NCBI GenBank assembly: GCA_937927935.1
Contig: CALFAC010000136.1
Coordinates: 835 to 64,834 of the forward strand
Origin: an uncultured Bacillaceae bacterium
Lineage (GTDB): Bacteria; Bacillota; Bacilli; Caldalkalibacillales; Caldalkalibacillaceae
Reading direction: 5' to 3'
DNA: 64,000 nt
The stretch's first letter is position 1, and every line of letters begins with the position of its first letter. Position numbers and translations under genes: made by a program. Under the pieces are notes generated by a model. That model had not been told where the DNA came from and did no database searches. It saw only the letters and a program-made list of their open reading frames with translations. Below are positions 1 to 10,691 of this stretch, piece after piece.

Positions 1-1
1 T

Positions 2-121
2 GCTCACCATGATGATTATGAGCGGCTGGCCCATCTCTCTAAAAATTTAGGTGAAGCCATGTCCGGGATTGATGTGGCCACCTTATCCACTGAGGAGCGG
101 ATGCAGGAACGGGGCTGGTAA
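2..121 (+). CDS. pdxS: 3' end of pyridoxal 5'-phosphate synthase lyase subunit PdxS (partial, starts upstream of window)
   Basis: Frame 2 is open from the window edge and reads [39 protein letters not shown]. This is the characteristic PdxS/SNZ C-terminus (..RMQERGW). TAA at 119-121. Confidence 0.75.
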   Translation, partial: AHHDDYERLAHLSKNLGEAMSGIDVATLSTEERMQERGW

Positions 122-204
122 CAAGATGTAGAAAGCCCCCTGTGTAAAGAAGCCATCTTCTAAACGTGCTGAAAAAACGACCAGCTTCATGGTGAACAGT
201 TTAA

Positions 205-1491
<1,287 letters not shown>

Positions 1492-1526
1492 GCTAGTTAG
1501 GCGCATGGAAAAAGGACGGATGCAAA

Positions 1527-2051
1527 GTGCAGGAGCCCCGCGGCAGTTTGGAGCAGGATCAATATTGGATGGACCAAGCCATCGCTCTGGCCAGGGAGGC
1601 TTTCACCTTAGGTGAAGTGCCCATCGGTGCGGTAATTGTCAAAGATGGCCGGCTGGTGGGCAAAGGGTACAACCGGCGGGAGCTGGATCAAAATGCCTTA
1701 GCCCACGCCGAAATGTTGGCCATTCATGAGGCATGCCAAACTTTGGGGGGCTGGCGGCTGACTGGCTGTGAGCTGTACGTCACCTTGGAGCCATGTCCCA
1801 TGTGTGCTGGCGCCATTGTGCAAGCTCGCCTCTCTCGGGTCATTTATGGGGCGGCTGATCCCAAAGGGGGGTATGCCGGCTCCCTATACAACACCTTGGC
1901 AGACAGTCGACTCAATCATCAGGTGGCCTGGACGGCCGGCGTTCGTCAAAATGAATGTGAAACGTTGTTAAAAACGTTTTTTAAAGTCTTGCGGGAAAAA
2001 AAAGGAAATAAAGGGGCTCACCGGGCAGAAAACAGCCCAGGATCTTTCTGA
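1527..2051 (+). CDS. tadA: tRNA-specific adenosine deaminase TadA
   Basis: CDA-fold zinc motifs HAEMLAI and PCPMCAGAI. Sits after serS, as in B. subtilis (yaaJ). Confidence 0.9.
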   Translation: MQEPRGSLEQDQYWMDQAIALAREAFTLGEVPIGAVIVKDGRLVGKGYNRRELDQNALAHAEMLAIHEACQTLGGWRLTGCELYVTLEPCPMCAGAIVQARLSRVIYGAADPKGGYAGSLYNTLADSRLNHQVAWTAGVRQNECETLLKTFFKVLREKKGNKGAHRAENSPGSF

Positions 2052-2081
2052 AATAAGGCATAAACAGGAAAGGATTGGCCC

Positions 2082-2110
2082 TTGTTTTGAAGGATCCCAT
2101 TGGGTATAAT
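2082..2110 (+). promoter_or_regulatory. sigma-A type promoter for the SRP RNA precursor
   Basis: TTGTTT (2082-2087), 17-nt spacer, TATAAT (2105-2110), about 40 nt upstream of the SRP RNA body. Confidence 0.5.
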
Positions 2111-2148
2111 GTAATGTACAGCTGTTATTGACAGCTGTCCAAACAAGT

Positions 2149-2428
2149 TCTTAAAGTTTGCTGTGCTAGACGGGGAGGTAGCGGTGCCCTGTAACCCGCA
2201 ATCCGCTATAGCGGGGTCGATGCCTATCTGAGGTGTGATTCATTTAAGGTCTGGCTCATGTGTGCGGTGTTGACGAAAGGGTCCTATGCAACGGAAACCC
2301 ATGAACCCCGTCAGGTCCGGAAGGAAGCAGCGGTAAGTGGGCCTCTCCGTGTGTTGTAGGGTAGCCTTTTCCGAGCTGGCAGCATGAGTACGCTTAGATG
2401 GTTCACATCGAGGGTAGGTGCACAGCAA
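2149..2428 (+). ncRNA. ffs: signal recognition particle RNA, long Bacillus type with Alu domain (scRNA)
   Basis: Near-colinear match to the remembered B. subtilis scRNA: GCTGTGCTAGACGGGGAGGTAGCGGTGCCCTGTAACCCGCAATCCGC..., the domain IV core GTCAGGTCCGGAAGGAAGCAGC, and the 3' end GGTGCACAGCAA pairing with the 5' TTGCTGTGC. Same tadA-scr-dnaX position as in B. subtilis. End coordinates are +/- a few nt. Confidence 0.9.
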
Positions 2429-2456
2429 TTTTATAATAGATAAACAACAGGCGCAA

Positions 2457-2484
2457 AACACCTTGGTTTAAAGGTGTTTTTTTT
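2457..2484 (+). terminator. intrinsic terminator after SRP RNA
   Basis: Stem AACACCTT / AAGGTGTT with loop GGTTTA, followed by T8. Confidence 0.7.
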
Positions 2485-2715
2485 CTGTTTAAAAAAGGGT
2501 ATTTTATGGGAAATGTTGTTTTTATTCCCAGTTTAATTGGTGTATAATTTTATATACCAAATCATCCCAATTGCATCTATATTGCTTACAATGGGACAGA
2601 AATAAAACTATATTAATCGGGTATGTCTTGGTGGTATTGAAATAGATATGGACCAGCCAGCCGCTTCATGCTGCCCAGCAACTGCTTAGAAGGAACAGTG
2701 AAGGTAGGGGTTTAC

Positions 2716-3798
2716 ATGTCACGTTCTTTAGATTCGAAGCCCATTTTGCAAACATTGTTGTCGGAGCAAATATTTTCCAATTCTCATTTAGGATTGGTCT
2801 TGTTAGATGATCAGGGTCACATGGTGCGCATGACCAAGGCAGCAGCCAAAATACTGGGGGGTGATGAAGAGGAGCTGATTGGGAAAAACATCTTTCAACA
2901 TTTTAGCCATTTGTCTGAGGACCGTTCCCTCGTCTCCCAAAGTTTATTTCAAGGGTCGCCCATTCGCAATAAGGCGATGACCTGGAATAATGGTCAAAAT
3001 TATTACGAACTGCTGATTGACGGCTTCCCCCTCATTGACGAAAACGGGGTGCAGCAAGGTGCCTATATTTTTATAAAAGATGTGACCAATATCCGCTCAT
3101 TGGAAAACCGGATTCACCGCAGTGAGCAGCTTGCCATGATTGGACAGATGGCGGCCGGCACCGCCCATGAGATTCGCAATCCTCTGACAAGTATTCGCGG
3201 ATTTTTGCAAATTTTGAACAAAACATTAAAGGAAAACAACATGCATAAAGAAGTGGAATACACCAAAATTATGTTGGATGAGATTGATCGGATCAACCAG
3301 CTGGTAGGCGAATTTTTGCTGCTGAGCAAAACGAAGGAAGTGCGTCACGAAAAGATTGATTTAGGTTTATTGTTTGAACAATTTTTACCCATTATTAAAA
3401 ACGAAGCCCTTTTGCACAGCATTGAAGTGGTGACGGATGAAATGAGCCATCTGCCTCCGGTGAAGGGGGATAAAGAGCTGCTTAAACAAGTGTTTTTAAA
3501 TATAAGCAAAAACGCCATTGAGGCCATGGACAATGGGGGTACTTTAACGTTTACTTCCCATTTGTTGACCGATGAACAGATGATCAGCATCGACATTCAT
3601 GACACCGGACCTGGTATTCCGCCCTATGTGATTGATAAAATCTTTGAGCCCTTTTTTACCACCAAGGAAGAAGGGACCGGGTTGGGCCTTTCCGTTTGCC
3701 AGCGCATCATTCATGATTTGGGGGGTAAAATTCAGGTCTCTTCCAAAGGTTTTGGGACCACCTTTCATGTCTGCATCCCTTATATTAACGGAGATTAG
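2716..3798 (+). CDS. soluble PAS-domain sensor histidine kinase, sporulation-kinase (KinA-E) like, orphan
   Basis: N-terminal PAS domain (LVLLDDQGHMVRMTKAAAKILGGDEEELIGKNIF). H-box AHEIRNPLTSIRGFLQIL. N, G1 and G2 boxes (NAIEAM, IHDTGPGIP, GTGLGLSV). No TM segment and no adjacent response regulator. ATG 2716 follows AAGGTAGGGG; the ORF track starts at 2668. Confidence 0.85.
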   Translation: MSRSLDSKPILQTLLSEQIFSNSHLGLVLLDDQGHMVRMTKAAAKILGGDEEELIGKNIFQHFSHLSEDRSLVSQSLFQGSPIRNKAMTWNNGQNYYELLIDGFPLIDENGVQQGAYIFIKDVTNIRSLENRIHRSEQLAMIGQMAAGTAHEIRNPLTSIRGFLQILNKTLKENNMHKEVEYTKIMLDEIDRINQLVGEFLLLSKTKEVRHEKIDLGLLFEQFLPIIKNEALLHSIEVVTDEMSHLPPVKGDKELLKQVFLNISKNAIEAMDNGGTLTFTSHLLTDEQMISIDIHDTGPGIPPYVIDKIFEPFFTTKEEGTGLGLSVCQRIIHDLGGKIQVSSKGFGTTFHVCIPYINGD

Positions 3799-3939
3799 AA
3801 AGGTTCTTCCAATAAGGAGGGGCCTTTTTCTATAGGAACGTGAAGGTTATAATAAAAGGAAACGAATCTAGCGGTAGGAAAATATTATGTTGAGCAAATG
3901 ATGCTGGGTAGGTTGCAGAGATGAAACGGGGGATGGACA

Positions 3940-5688
3940 GTGACTTCTTATCAGGCCCTATACCGTGTCTGGCGGCCCCAGTTATTTGCTGATGTGGCCG
4001 GTCAGGACCATGTGACCCAAACCTTGCAAAATGCCCTTGTAACAGAAACCTATAGCCATGCCTATCTGTTTGCGGGCCCCAGGGGAACGGGCAAAACAAG
4101 CATGGCCAAATTATTGGCCAAAGCGGTTAACTGTGAGCAAGCACCTGTGAAAGAACCGTGCAACCAATGTCCAGCTTGTATCGGTATCTCCCAGGGGACC
4201 GTGGTGGATGTGGTGGAGATTGATGCCGCCTCCAATAACGGCGTGGATGAAATTAGGGATTTGAGGGATAAGGTGAAATATGCCCCCACTCAGGTACGCT
4301 TAAAGGTGTACATCATCGATGAGGTGCATATGTTGAGCCAGGGCGCATTTAATGCCCTGTTAAAAACATTGGAAGAGCCCCCTGCCCATGTGATGTTTAT
4401 CTTGGCGACCACTGAACCGCACAAGATTCCAGCCACCATTATTTCCCGCTGTCAGCGCTTTGATTTTAAACGCATTGCTTTGGGAGAGATTGAAAAGCGG
4501 CTCAGTGAGATTTGTCAGCGGGAAGGTTTCCAAGTGGAGCCTGAGGCCTTGAAGCTGGTGGCTCAGGTGGCTGACGGGGGATTAAGGGATGCGTTAAGCC
4601 TACTGGACCAAGCGGTTTCCTTCGCTAAGGAGAAGGTGACGGTAGAAGATGTGCAGGCCATCACCGGCTCGTTAACCCAAGAGGCGTTAACCCAGTTGGC
4701 CGATGGCCTTTTAAACGGGGATATGGAAGCGGTGATTCACCAGTATCATCTGTTGGTCGATGAAGGGAAAGAACCCGTGCGCATTGTGGAGGACCTCATT
4801 TTTTATTTTCGGGATATTTTGTTATACCAACAGGTGAAGGAGAGTTCCAGCTACTGGTTGCGCCTCCAGTCTAATCGGCCAGGCGGCTTGGAAAAGGTGA
4901 AAGCGTATCCAACGGATGCTTTGTTGATGGCGGTTGAAGAGCTTAGCCGTGTACAACAGGAGCTGCGTTTCTCGGGGCAGCCTCGCATTTTATTGGAGGT
5001 TGCTCTCATCAAGCTGATGAATGAGGTAAAACAAAAAAGACCAGCCGGGGTAGCGGTCCTGGCCGACCGCGCACCTGCTCAGGATGATGGAGAGATTCTA
5101 CAGTGGCAGCAGCTGGCTGCTCAGGTCCAAAGGCTCACTGAGGAGCTGAACCAGCTGAAACAAAGGAAAGACTTTCACCCCAAGGAGGATGCCCAGACGC
5201 CTGCGCGTCGCTTAACCCCTGCCAAAAACACCGCCTCGCCCCCCTTGGATGAACTGCTGCAAACGGCTAAAAAACCCCTGCTCATTCAATTGCAAAAGAA
5301 ATGGCCCTCCATCTTAAAGGAGATGAAAGAAAAACATATTGTGGTCCATGCCTGGCTGCGGGATGGGGAGCCGGTCGCCTGTGGCCCTGACTTTTTTCTG
5401 CTGGCCTTTAGAACGGCGATCCATCGTGAAACCATTGAAGAGAAACATCGGGACCTTGTGGAACAGCTGGTTTCTCGCCACCTCTCTTTTGAGGCAAAGT
5501 TGGTTACAATCATGTATAATGATTGGGTAGTTATTAAAGAGGAAATGAGCAAAGAATGGGCCAAAAAAAAGGAGAGCAAGCGTGAGGCAGACAGCGAAAA
5601 GGATGCTTTTTACCAGGAGGCCGTCAATTTGGTGGGCCAGGACCTGGTGGAAGTGGTGGATGAGCCCCAGAAGGCTAAGCCCGATTAA
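3940..5688 (+). CDS. dnaX: DNA polymerase III subunit tau/gamma
   Basis: P-loop GPRGTGKTS, zinc module CNQCPAC, DEVH box (IIDEVHML), SRC motif (ISRCQRF). Confidence 0.95.
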   Translation: MTSYQALYRVWRPQLFADVAGQDHVTQTLQNALVTETYSHAYLFAGPRGTGKTSMAKLLAKAVNCEQAPVKEPCNQCPACIGISQGTVVDVVEIDAASNNGVDEIRDLRDKVKYAPTQVRLKVYIIDEVHMLSQGAFNALLKTLEEPPAHVMFILATTEPHKIPATIISRCQRFDFKRIALGEIEKRLSEICQREGFQVEPEALKLVAQVADGGLRDALSLLDQAVSFAKEKVTVEDVQAITGSLTQEALTQLADGLLNGDMEAVIHQYHLLVDEGKEPVRIVEDLIFYFRDILLYQQVKESSSYWLRLQSNRPGGLEKVKAYPTDALLMAVEELSRVQQELRFSGQPRILLEVALIKLMNEVKQKRPAGVAVLADRAPAQDDGEILQWQQLAAQVQRLTEELNQLKQRKDFHPKEDAQTPARRLTPAKNTASPPLDELLQTAKKPLLIQLQKKWPSILKEMKEKHIVVHAWLRDGEPVACGPDFFLLAFRTAIHRETIEEKHRDLVEQLVSRHLSFEAKLVTIMYNDWVVIKEEMSKEWAKKKESKREADSEKDAFYQEAVNLVGQDLVEVVDEPQKAKPD

Positions 5689-5717
5689 CAATTAAAATGA
5701 CCAGGGAGGTTACAGGG

Positions 5718-6029
5718 ATGAGAAATATGCAACAAATGATGAAACAGATGCAAAAGATGCAGAAACAGATGCAAAAAATTCAGGAGGAATTAAAAGAGAA
5801 AACGGTGGAGGGAACCGCCGGAGGCGGCATGGTGACCATCACCTTAAACGGCCATAAGGAGCTGGTGGCCGTCAAAATTGATCCGGAAGTGGTGGACCCT
5901 GAAGATGTGGAGATGTTGGAAGATTTGATCATGGCTGCCATGAACGATGCCATGAAAAAAGTGGAGGAGCTGATCCAGCAAGATATGGGCAAATTGACCG
6001 GAGGGTTAAACATACCCGGCCTGTTTTAA
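5718..6029 (+). CDS. ybaB: nucleoid-associated protein YbaB/EbfC
   Basis: Has the [15 protein letters not shown]... family signature and sits in the dnaX-ybaB-recR operon position. ATG 5718 follows GGGAGG. Confidence 0.9.
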   Translation: MRNMQQMMKQMQKMQKQMQKIQEELKEKTVEGTAGGGMVTITLNGHKELVAVKIDPEVVDPEDVEMLEDLIMAAMNDAMKKVEELIQQDMGKLTGGLNIPGLF

Positions 6030-6077
6030 AACCAATCCCCGTTCCACTATGCATCGCCGCCACGAGGAGGAGACAGC

Positions 6078-6674
6078 GTGCATTATCCGGAACCCATTGC
6101 TAAATTGATTGATGGCTTTATGAAATTGCCAGGCATTGGTCCCAAAACGGCCAGCCGTCTGGCTTTTTTTGTATTGGGCATGAAGGAAGATGATGTGCTT
6201 CAGTTAGCTCGGGCGCTGGTACAAGCCAAGCGGGGTCTATCCCAATGCTCCGTCTGCCGCCATATTACCGATGTGGACCCCTGTCGGATTTGTCAGGATA
6301 AGCGCCGGGATCGTTCCACCATCTGTGTGGTGCAGGACCCCAAGGATGTGGTGGCGATGGAACGCACCCGGGAGTATCAAGGGTTGTACCATGTGCTGCA
6401 TGGTGCCATCTCTCCCATGGATGGGGTGGGTCCCGAATCCCTCTATATTGCCGACCTGATCAAACGCTTGGAAGATGAAGAGGTGAAAGAGGTGATTTTA
6501 GCCACCAACCCCACCATTGAGGGGGAGGCCACGGCCATGTATATTTCCCGGCTGATCAAACCGGCGGGACTAAAGGTGACCCGCATAGCCCATGGTCTGC
6601 CGGTAGGGGGAGATTTAGAATATGCCGATGAAGTCACCTTATCTAAAGCGCTGGAGGGACGGCGGGAGCTGTAA
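6078..6674 (+). CDS. recR: recombination protein RecR
   Basis: HhH motif (LPGIGPKTA), C4 zinc finger ([16 protein letters not shown]) and a Toprim domain. Confidence 0.95.
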   Translation: MHYPEPIAKLIDGFMKLPGIGPKTASRLAFFVLGMKEDDVLQLARALVQAKRGLSQCSVCRHITDVDPCRICQDKRRDRSTICVVQDPKDVVAMERTREYQGLYHVLHGAISPMDGVGPESLYIADLIKRLEDEEVKEVILATNPTIEGEATAMYISRLIKPAGLKVTRIAHGLPVGGDLEYADEVTLSKALEGRREL

Positions 6675-6788
6675 GTCAGGCCTGTAAGAGGAACAGAGAC
6701 TTTTGACCTGCTAAGTTACGCCATAAAGATGAAAGGTTGTACTAAAACGGAACGCGGGGACATAGCTTGTATTAAGGGGGCAAAAGCA

Positions 6789-7010
6789 ATGTTTTTTAAA
6801 GCGCGTTCCGTGCGAGAAAATCAACAGTATGATTTGATCAAGGCCATCACCCAGGCTAGAAAGCAGATGCGTGCCCTTCATCACCACCACCTGTGCCAGT
6901 GTGATTATGTAACAGCCGATATCCCGCTGATCCTGGCAGAACTTCGGTTTCGGTATTTGCTTCATCAGGCCCGCATCCGCAATTGGAACAACGGCTGGGA
7001 TTTAGATTAG
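6789..7010 (+). CDS. yaaL: YaaL-like protein (DUF2508)
   Basis: Small ORF between recR and bofA, as in B. subtilis. ATG 6789 (MFFKARSV..) follows AAGGGGG. The 20-aa upstream extension in the ORF track lacks an SD. Confidence 0.65.
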   Translation: MFFKARSVRENQQYDLIKAITQARKQMRALHHHHLCQCDYVTADIPLILAELRFRYLLHQARIRNWNNGWDLD

Positions 7011-7025
7011 GAGGAGGGTGGAGCG

Positions 7026-7295
7026 GTGAATGCGTTTCAAGTGAGCTTGGCCCTGATCCTTCTTTTTGTGCTCGCCTCAACCTTGTTAAAATACAGGGTA
7101 AAACTTTGGCATTTGATCGGCCGCGGATTGGTCCAGGTGGTGATGGGCATCTTTCTCCTTTTTGTGGTTAACTTGGTGGCAGGATGGCTTGAAGTGACTA
7201 TCCCGTATAACGTCGTTACGGTGGCCATTGCCGCTGTGTTAGGGCTGCCAGGTGCTTTAGCTTTGCTGGCCATTCAGCTGTTTTTAATCCAATAG
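7026..7295 (+). CDS. bofA: sigma-K processing inhibitor BofA
   Basis: 89-aa membrane protein with 2-3 TM segments. The C-terminal TM (AIAAVLGLPGALALL) and the position after yaaL fit BofA. Confidence 0.8.
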   Translation: MNAFQVSLALILLFVLASTLLKYRVKLWHLIGRGLVQVVMGIFLLFVVNLVAGWLEVTIPYNVVTVAIAAVLGLPGALALLAIQLFLIQ

Positions 7296-7429
7296 GTTTC
7301 ATAAAAGTCATTTCCCCCTGATAAAATTCTTGGATAAAATTTTTAGGACAACCTTAGCAGGTAGATAGACAACCGGTGTGGAATACTGTATTAAAGCATG
7401 ATGCGGAAGCTCTTTAAGGAGTGCCAGCG

Positions 7430-8890
7430 ATGAACAAAACGGATGCCTTACCTCTCTATCACACCTTGCTGAGACATGCTCAAAAGGGGGCTCTCCGCTT
7501 CCATGTTCCCGGCCATAAGGGGGGGCTTTTCTTTTCCCCTCAGGGGCTGGACACTTATCGTTCCATTTTGGCCATCGATTTGACGGAACTGGAGGGACTT
7601 GATTATTTGCATGGGCCACAAGGGGTGATTAAAGAAGCCCAGGAACTGGCTGCGCTCCAGTTTGGCGCTGATCGCACCTACTTTTTAGTGAATGGCAGTA
7701 CGGTGGGCAATTTGGCCATGATCTTAGGCTGTGTTCAAGAGGGTGATCTCGTTTTAGTTCAGCGTAACAGCCATCAGTCTGTTTACCATGGGTTAAGCTT
7801 GGCCCGGGCCCAGCTGGTCCCCCTAACCCCTGAGCTAGACTGCCGTTTTGATGTGGCCACCCATATCCATCCCGATCATTTTCACCAGATGCTTAAGCGC
7901 TATCCCCAGGCGAAAGCCTGCCTGCTAACTTACCCCACTTATTACGGCTGGGCTAAGCCGGAGCATCTAAAAACGATCATTGAGCTGGCTCATCAGCATG
8001 GGGTACTGGTGCTGGTGGATGAAGCCCATGGTGCCCACTTCGGGCAGCACCCCAGTCTGCCTCCTTCAGCCCTGCAGCTGGGTGCAGATCTCGTTGTCCA
8101 ATCCACCCACAAAATGTTAGGATCCCTCACCATGACCGCCATGCTTCATCTCCGCTTGGGCCGGGTTCCCGTTGCTAATGTGGAAAAATATTTGGCCATG
8201 TTGCAATCCTCCAGCCCTTCCTATCCCCTCATGGCCTCTTTAGATCTGGCCCGCCATCAGCTGAGCCAAATGAGCGCAGAAAAATGGCAGGAAGCGGTTG
8301 ACGCGACAGATCGTCTCAGGCAGCGTCTGAGGCTGCTCAAAGAACATTACCTGATTTCAGGGGACCAAAAGCTACAGGAAGATCCCTTTAAATTGGTTAT
8401 CCGTCCCCGTTTTGGTTGGAGCGGCTTTCAACTGCAACAAGCTCTGCGCCAAAAGGGCATTGAAATTGAGCTGGCCGATCCGGAGCAAATCTGCCTCACC
8501 TTGCCTTTAAATTTAAATGCCAAATGGATAGACAAGCTGGTTCAGGCGTTAGAGCGGATCGCCTTCGCTCAAGGTGGAAACAGGACAACCCAAGGGAAGC
8601 GAGGATCGTTTGGCTCCCTTCCGCACGGGGGTGTCCCTGCTGAACCCATTGGCTTACAAGTGTATCGGGAAGAAGAAACCGAGCGGGTGTATCTTGAGGA
8701 GAGCGTCGGACGTCGGGCAGCCCAGCTGGTGACCCCCTACCCACCAGGCATTCCCCTTATCATTCCGGGAGAAACCATCACCCCGTCCCATGTGCAGGCC
8801 ATTTTGTATTATCAGCGGGCGGGCGCTTATTTTCCCGACATCCCGTCCGATTCATTGACGCTGGCCGTGTTGACGAAATCGGATGGATAG
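7430..8890 (+). CDS. yaaO: Orn/Lys/Arg decarboxylase family PLP enzyme (YaaO-like)
   Basis: FHVPGHKGG N-terminus and PLP-lysine motif QSTHKMLGS. Lies upstream of tmk, as B. subtilis yaaO does. ATG 7430 follows AAGGAG. Confidence 0.85.
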   Translation: MNKTDALPLYHTLLRHAQKGALRFHVPGHKGGLFFSPQGLDTYRSILAIDLTELEGLDYLHGPQGVIKEAQELAALQFGADRTYFLVNGSTVGNLAMILGCVQEGDLVLVQRNSHQSVYHGLSLARAQLVPLTPELDCRFDVATHIHPDHFHQMLKRYPQAKACLLTYPTYYGWAKPEHLKTIIELAHQHGVLVLVDEAHGAHFGQHPSLPPSALQLGADLVVQSTHKMLGSLTMTAMLHLRLGRVPVANVEKYLAMLQSSSPSYPLMASLDLARHQLSQMSAEKWQEAVDATDRLRQRLRLLKEHYLISGDQKLQEDPFKLVIRPRFGWSGFQLQQALRQKGIEIELADPEQICLTLPLNLNAKWIDKLVQALERIAFAQGGNRTTQGKRGSFGSLPHGGVPAEPIGLQVYREEETERVYLEESVGRRAAQLVTPYPPGIPLIIPGETITPSHVQAILYYQRAGAYFPDIPSDSLTLAVLTKSDG

Positions 8891-8966
8891 CCAGGATTTA
8901 AATGGAATCAAACGGTAAGTTGCCATGTCAATTTTGCACAGGTGCAGCTGGAAAGGAACGTGAGCG

Positions 8967-9614
8967 GTGGCAGGCATGTTTATCACCTTTGAAGGTCCTG
9001 ATGGTGCTGGTAAAACGACCCAAATTAAGCTGTTGTATGAGGCTTTAAAAGCAGGGGGTTATCGCGTGGTGGTAACCCGTGAGCCTGGCGGCACTTCTAT
9101 CGGTGACCGGATCAGAGAGCTTCTTTTAGATCCAGATCAAAAGGAGATGGCGGCCGAGACGGAAGTACTCCTTTACGCAGCGGCTCGGGCGCAACATGTG
9201 CAGGAGAAGATTGTACCGGCCCTTCAGGAGGGGAAGCTGGTCTTGTGTGACCGCTTTGTGGATGCCAGCTTGGCCTACCAAGGTTATGGCTTGGGATTAG
9301 GGGAAGCGCAGGTGCGGGTCATCAACCAGTTTGCCACAGGAGGACTGGAGCCAGATTTAACCATTCTGCTGGATCTCCCTCCTGAAGAAGGCAGGCGACG
9401 GTTGGAAAGGCGCTCCCCGTTAGACCGGATTGAACAAAAAAGCATCGCTTACCACAGGCGCGTCAGAGAGGGATTTTTACAGTTGGCCAAGCGGGAAAAG
9501 CGGATGATGGTGATTGACGCCCGGCAAGAGATCGATGTGATCCACCGGACTGTTCTCCATGCGGTGGGTGTACTGTTAGCCGATAAGCGCATTTTACGCC
9601 CCGAACAGCTCTGA
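8967..9614 (+). CDS. tmk: thymidylate kinase
   Basis: P-loop FITFEGPDGAGKTTQ and DRF motif. An alternative ATG lies at 8976. Confidence 0.95.
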   Translation: MAGMFITFEGPDGAGKTTQIKLLYEALKAGGYRVVVTREPGGTSIGDRIRELLLDPDQKEMAAETEVLLYAAARAQHVQEKIVPALQEGKLVLCDRFVDASLAYQGYGLGLGEAQVRVINQFATGGLEPDLTILLDLPPEEGRRRLERRSPLDRIEQKSIAYHRRVREGFLQLAKREKRMMVIDARQEIDVIHRTVLHAVGVLLADKRILRPEQL

Positions 9615-9704
9615 TTTAATTAATCAGGGTAGCATTGATCGTACTCTTATTGTTTCGCTGAAGACCACAGGATTTATCAGGGATGGAGATGGAAGGGAGA
9701 TAAG

Positions 9705-10691
9705 ATGGAACCGAGCAAAGGGCGCAAGCCCCACCTGTATACCTATATGGAAACAGTTCTTCAAACCGGTCGACTGGCCCACGCTTATCTTTTTCTGGGG
9801 CCGGCGGGTGCAGGTAAAGGAGAGCTGGCCAACCTGGTGGCAAAATACCTGTTTTGCCAGGATGAGAATAGACCGTGTGGGCACTGTATAAACTGCATCC
9901 GCATTGATCATGGTCACCACCCTGATGTCCTGCGCCTTAAACCGGATGGCCAATCCATCAAGATTGATCAAGTGCGGGAAATACAGCATCTTTTTGCCCG
10001 TCGGGCCCATGAGGGAGGCTGGCGGGTTTTAATCATTGAAGAGGCGGATCGCTTAACCCTTCAAGGGGCCAACAGCTTGCTTAAATTTGTGGAAGAGCCA
10101 GAGGAGCGCATATTGATCTTTTTTCTGGCCCGATCCAGAGAGAAGGTGCTGCCCACCATCCGCTCCCGTTGTCAGGAATTGATCTTTCCCCCACCTTCCC
10201 CCCGTCAGCTAAAAGAGCGTCTGGCCCAGGCGTATGGGGACCAAGCGGCCGCTGTGGCGGCTCAGCTTACCTCCGATTTGGAAGAGGCCAACCAGCTTTG
10301 CCAGGCAGAATGGTTTGCAGAGTTGCAAGAGATAGTGCTACAATTGATAGAAGCCTGCTTTTTGGACAAGACGGAAGCCTTTTTTCTCATCGAACAGCGT
10401 TGGCTTAAAGTGGCCAAGGAGCGGGAGCAGATTGACGTTGGTCTTGATCTGATGCTCTTCTGGTATCGGGATTTAATCTATCTCACCATGGGTCTTGAGG
10501 ATAAAGTGGTCTATCGTGATCACAAGAAGCGCCTGGCTGAACAGGCTAAAAAGCTTAATCAGGATCAACTGGTAGCGGCGATGCAGCATGTGCTGGAGGC
10601 CAAGCGCAAGCTTGGCGCCCATGTTCATCCCCAACTGTTGTTAGAAGAACTGGTTCTTCAGATGAAGGAGGATGTCCATTGTATCAAGTAG
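9705..10691 (+). CDS. holB: DNA polymerase III delta' subunit
   Basis: GRLAHAYLFLGPAGAGKGELA, zinc module CGHCINC, SRC motif (TIRSRCQ). Confidence 0.9.
   Translation: MEPSKGRKPHLYTYMETVLQTGRLAHAYLFLGPAGAGKGELANLVAKYLFCQDENRPCGHCINCIRIDHGHHPDVLRLKPDGQSIKIDQVREIQHLFARRAHEGGWRVLIIEEADRLTLQGANSLLKFVEEPEERILIFFLARSREKVLPTIRSRCQELIFPPPSPRQLKERLAQAYGDQAAAVAAQLTSDLEEANQLCQAEWFAELQEIVLQLIEACFLDKTEAFFLIEQRWLKVAKEREQIDVGLDLMLFWYRDLIYLTMGLEDKVVYRDHKKRLAEQAKKLNQDQLVAAMQHVLEAKRKLGAHVHPQLLLEELVLQMKEDVHCIK

Noticed and set aside
2240-2461. 73-aa - strand ORF
   Set aside because: It lies entirely inside and antisense to the SRP RNA gene and its terminator. It is an artefact of the structured, GC-rich RNA sequence.
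6729-6788. N-terminal extensions in the ORF track (e.g. yaaL from 6729, veg from 18954, sspF from 19304, fin from 25766, mfd from 26081, yabM from 30502, yabS from 38613, hslO from 45417, ATPase from 57591, phasin from 62905)
   Set aside because: In each case an internal ATG or GTG with a proper SD reproduces the known family N-terminus. The upstream extension overlaps promoters or terminators, or lacks an SD.
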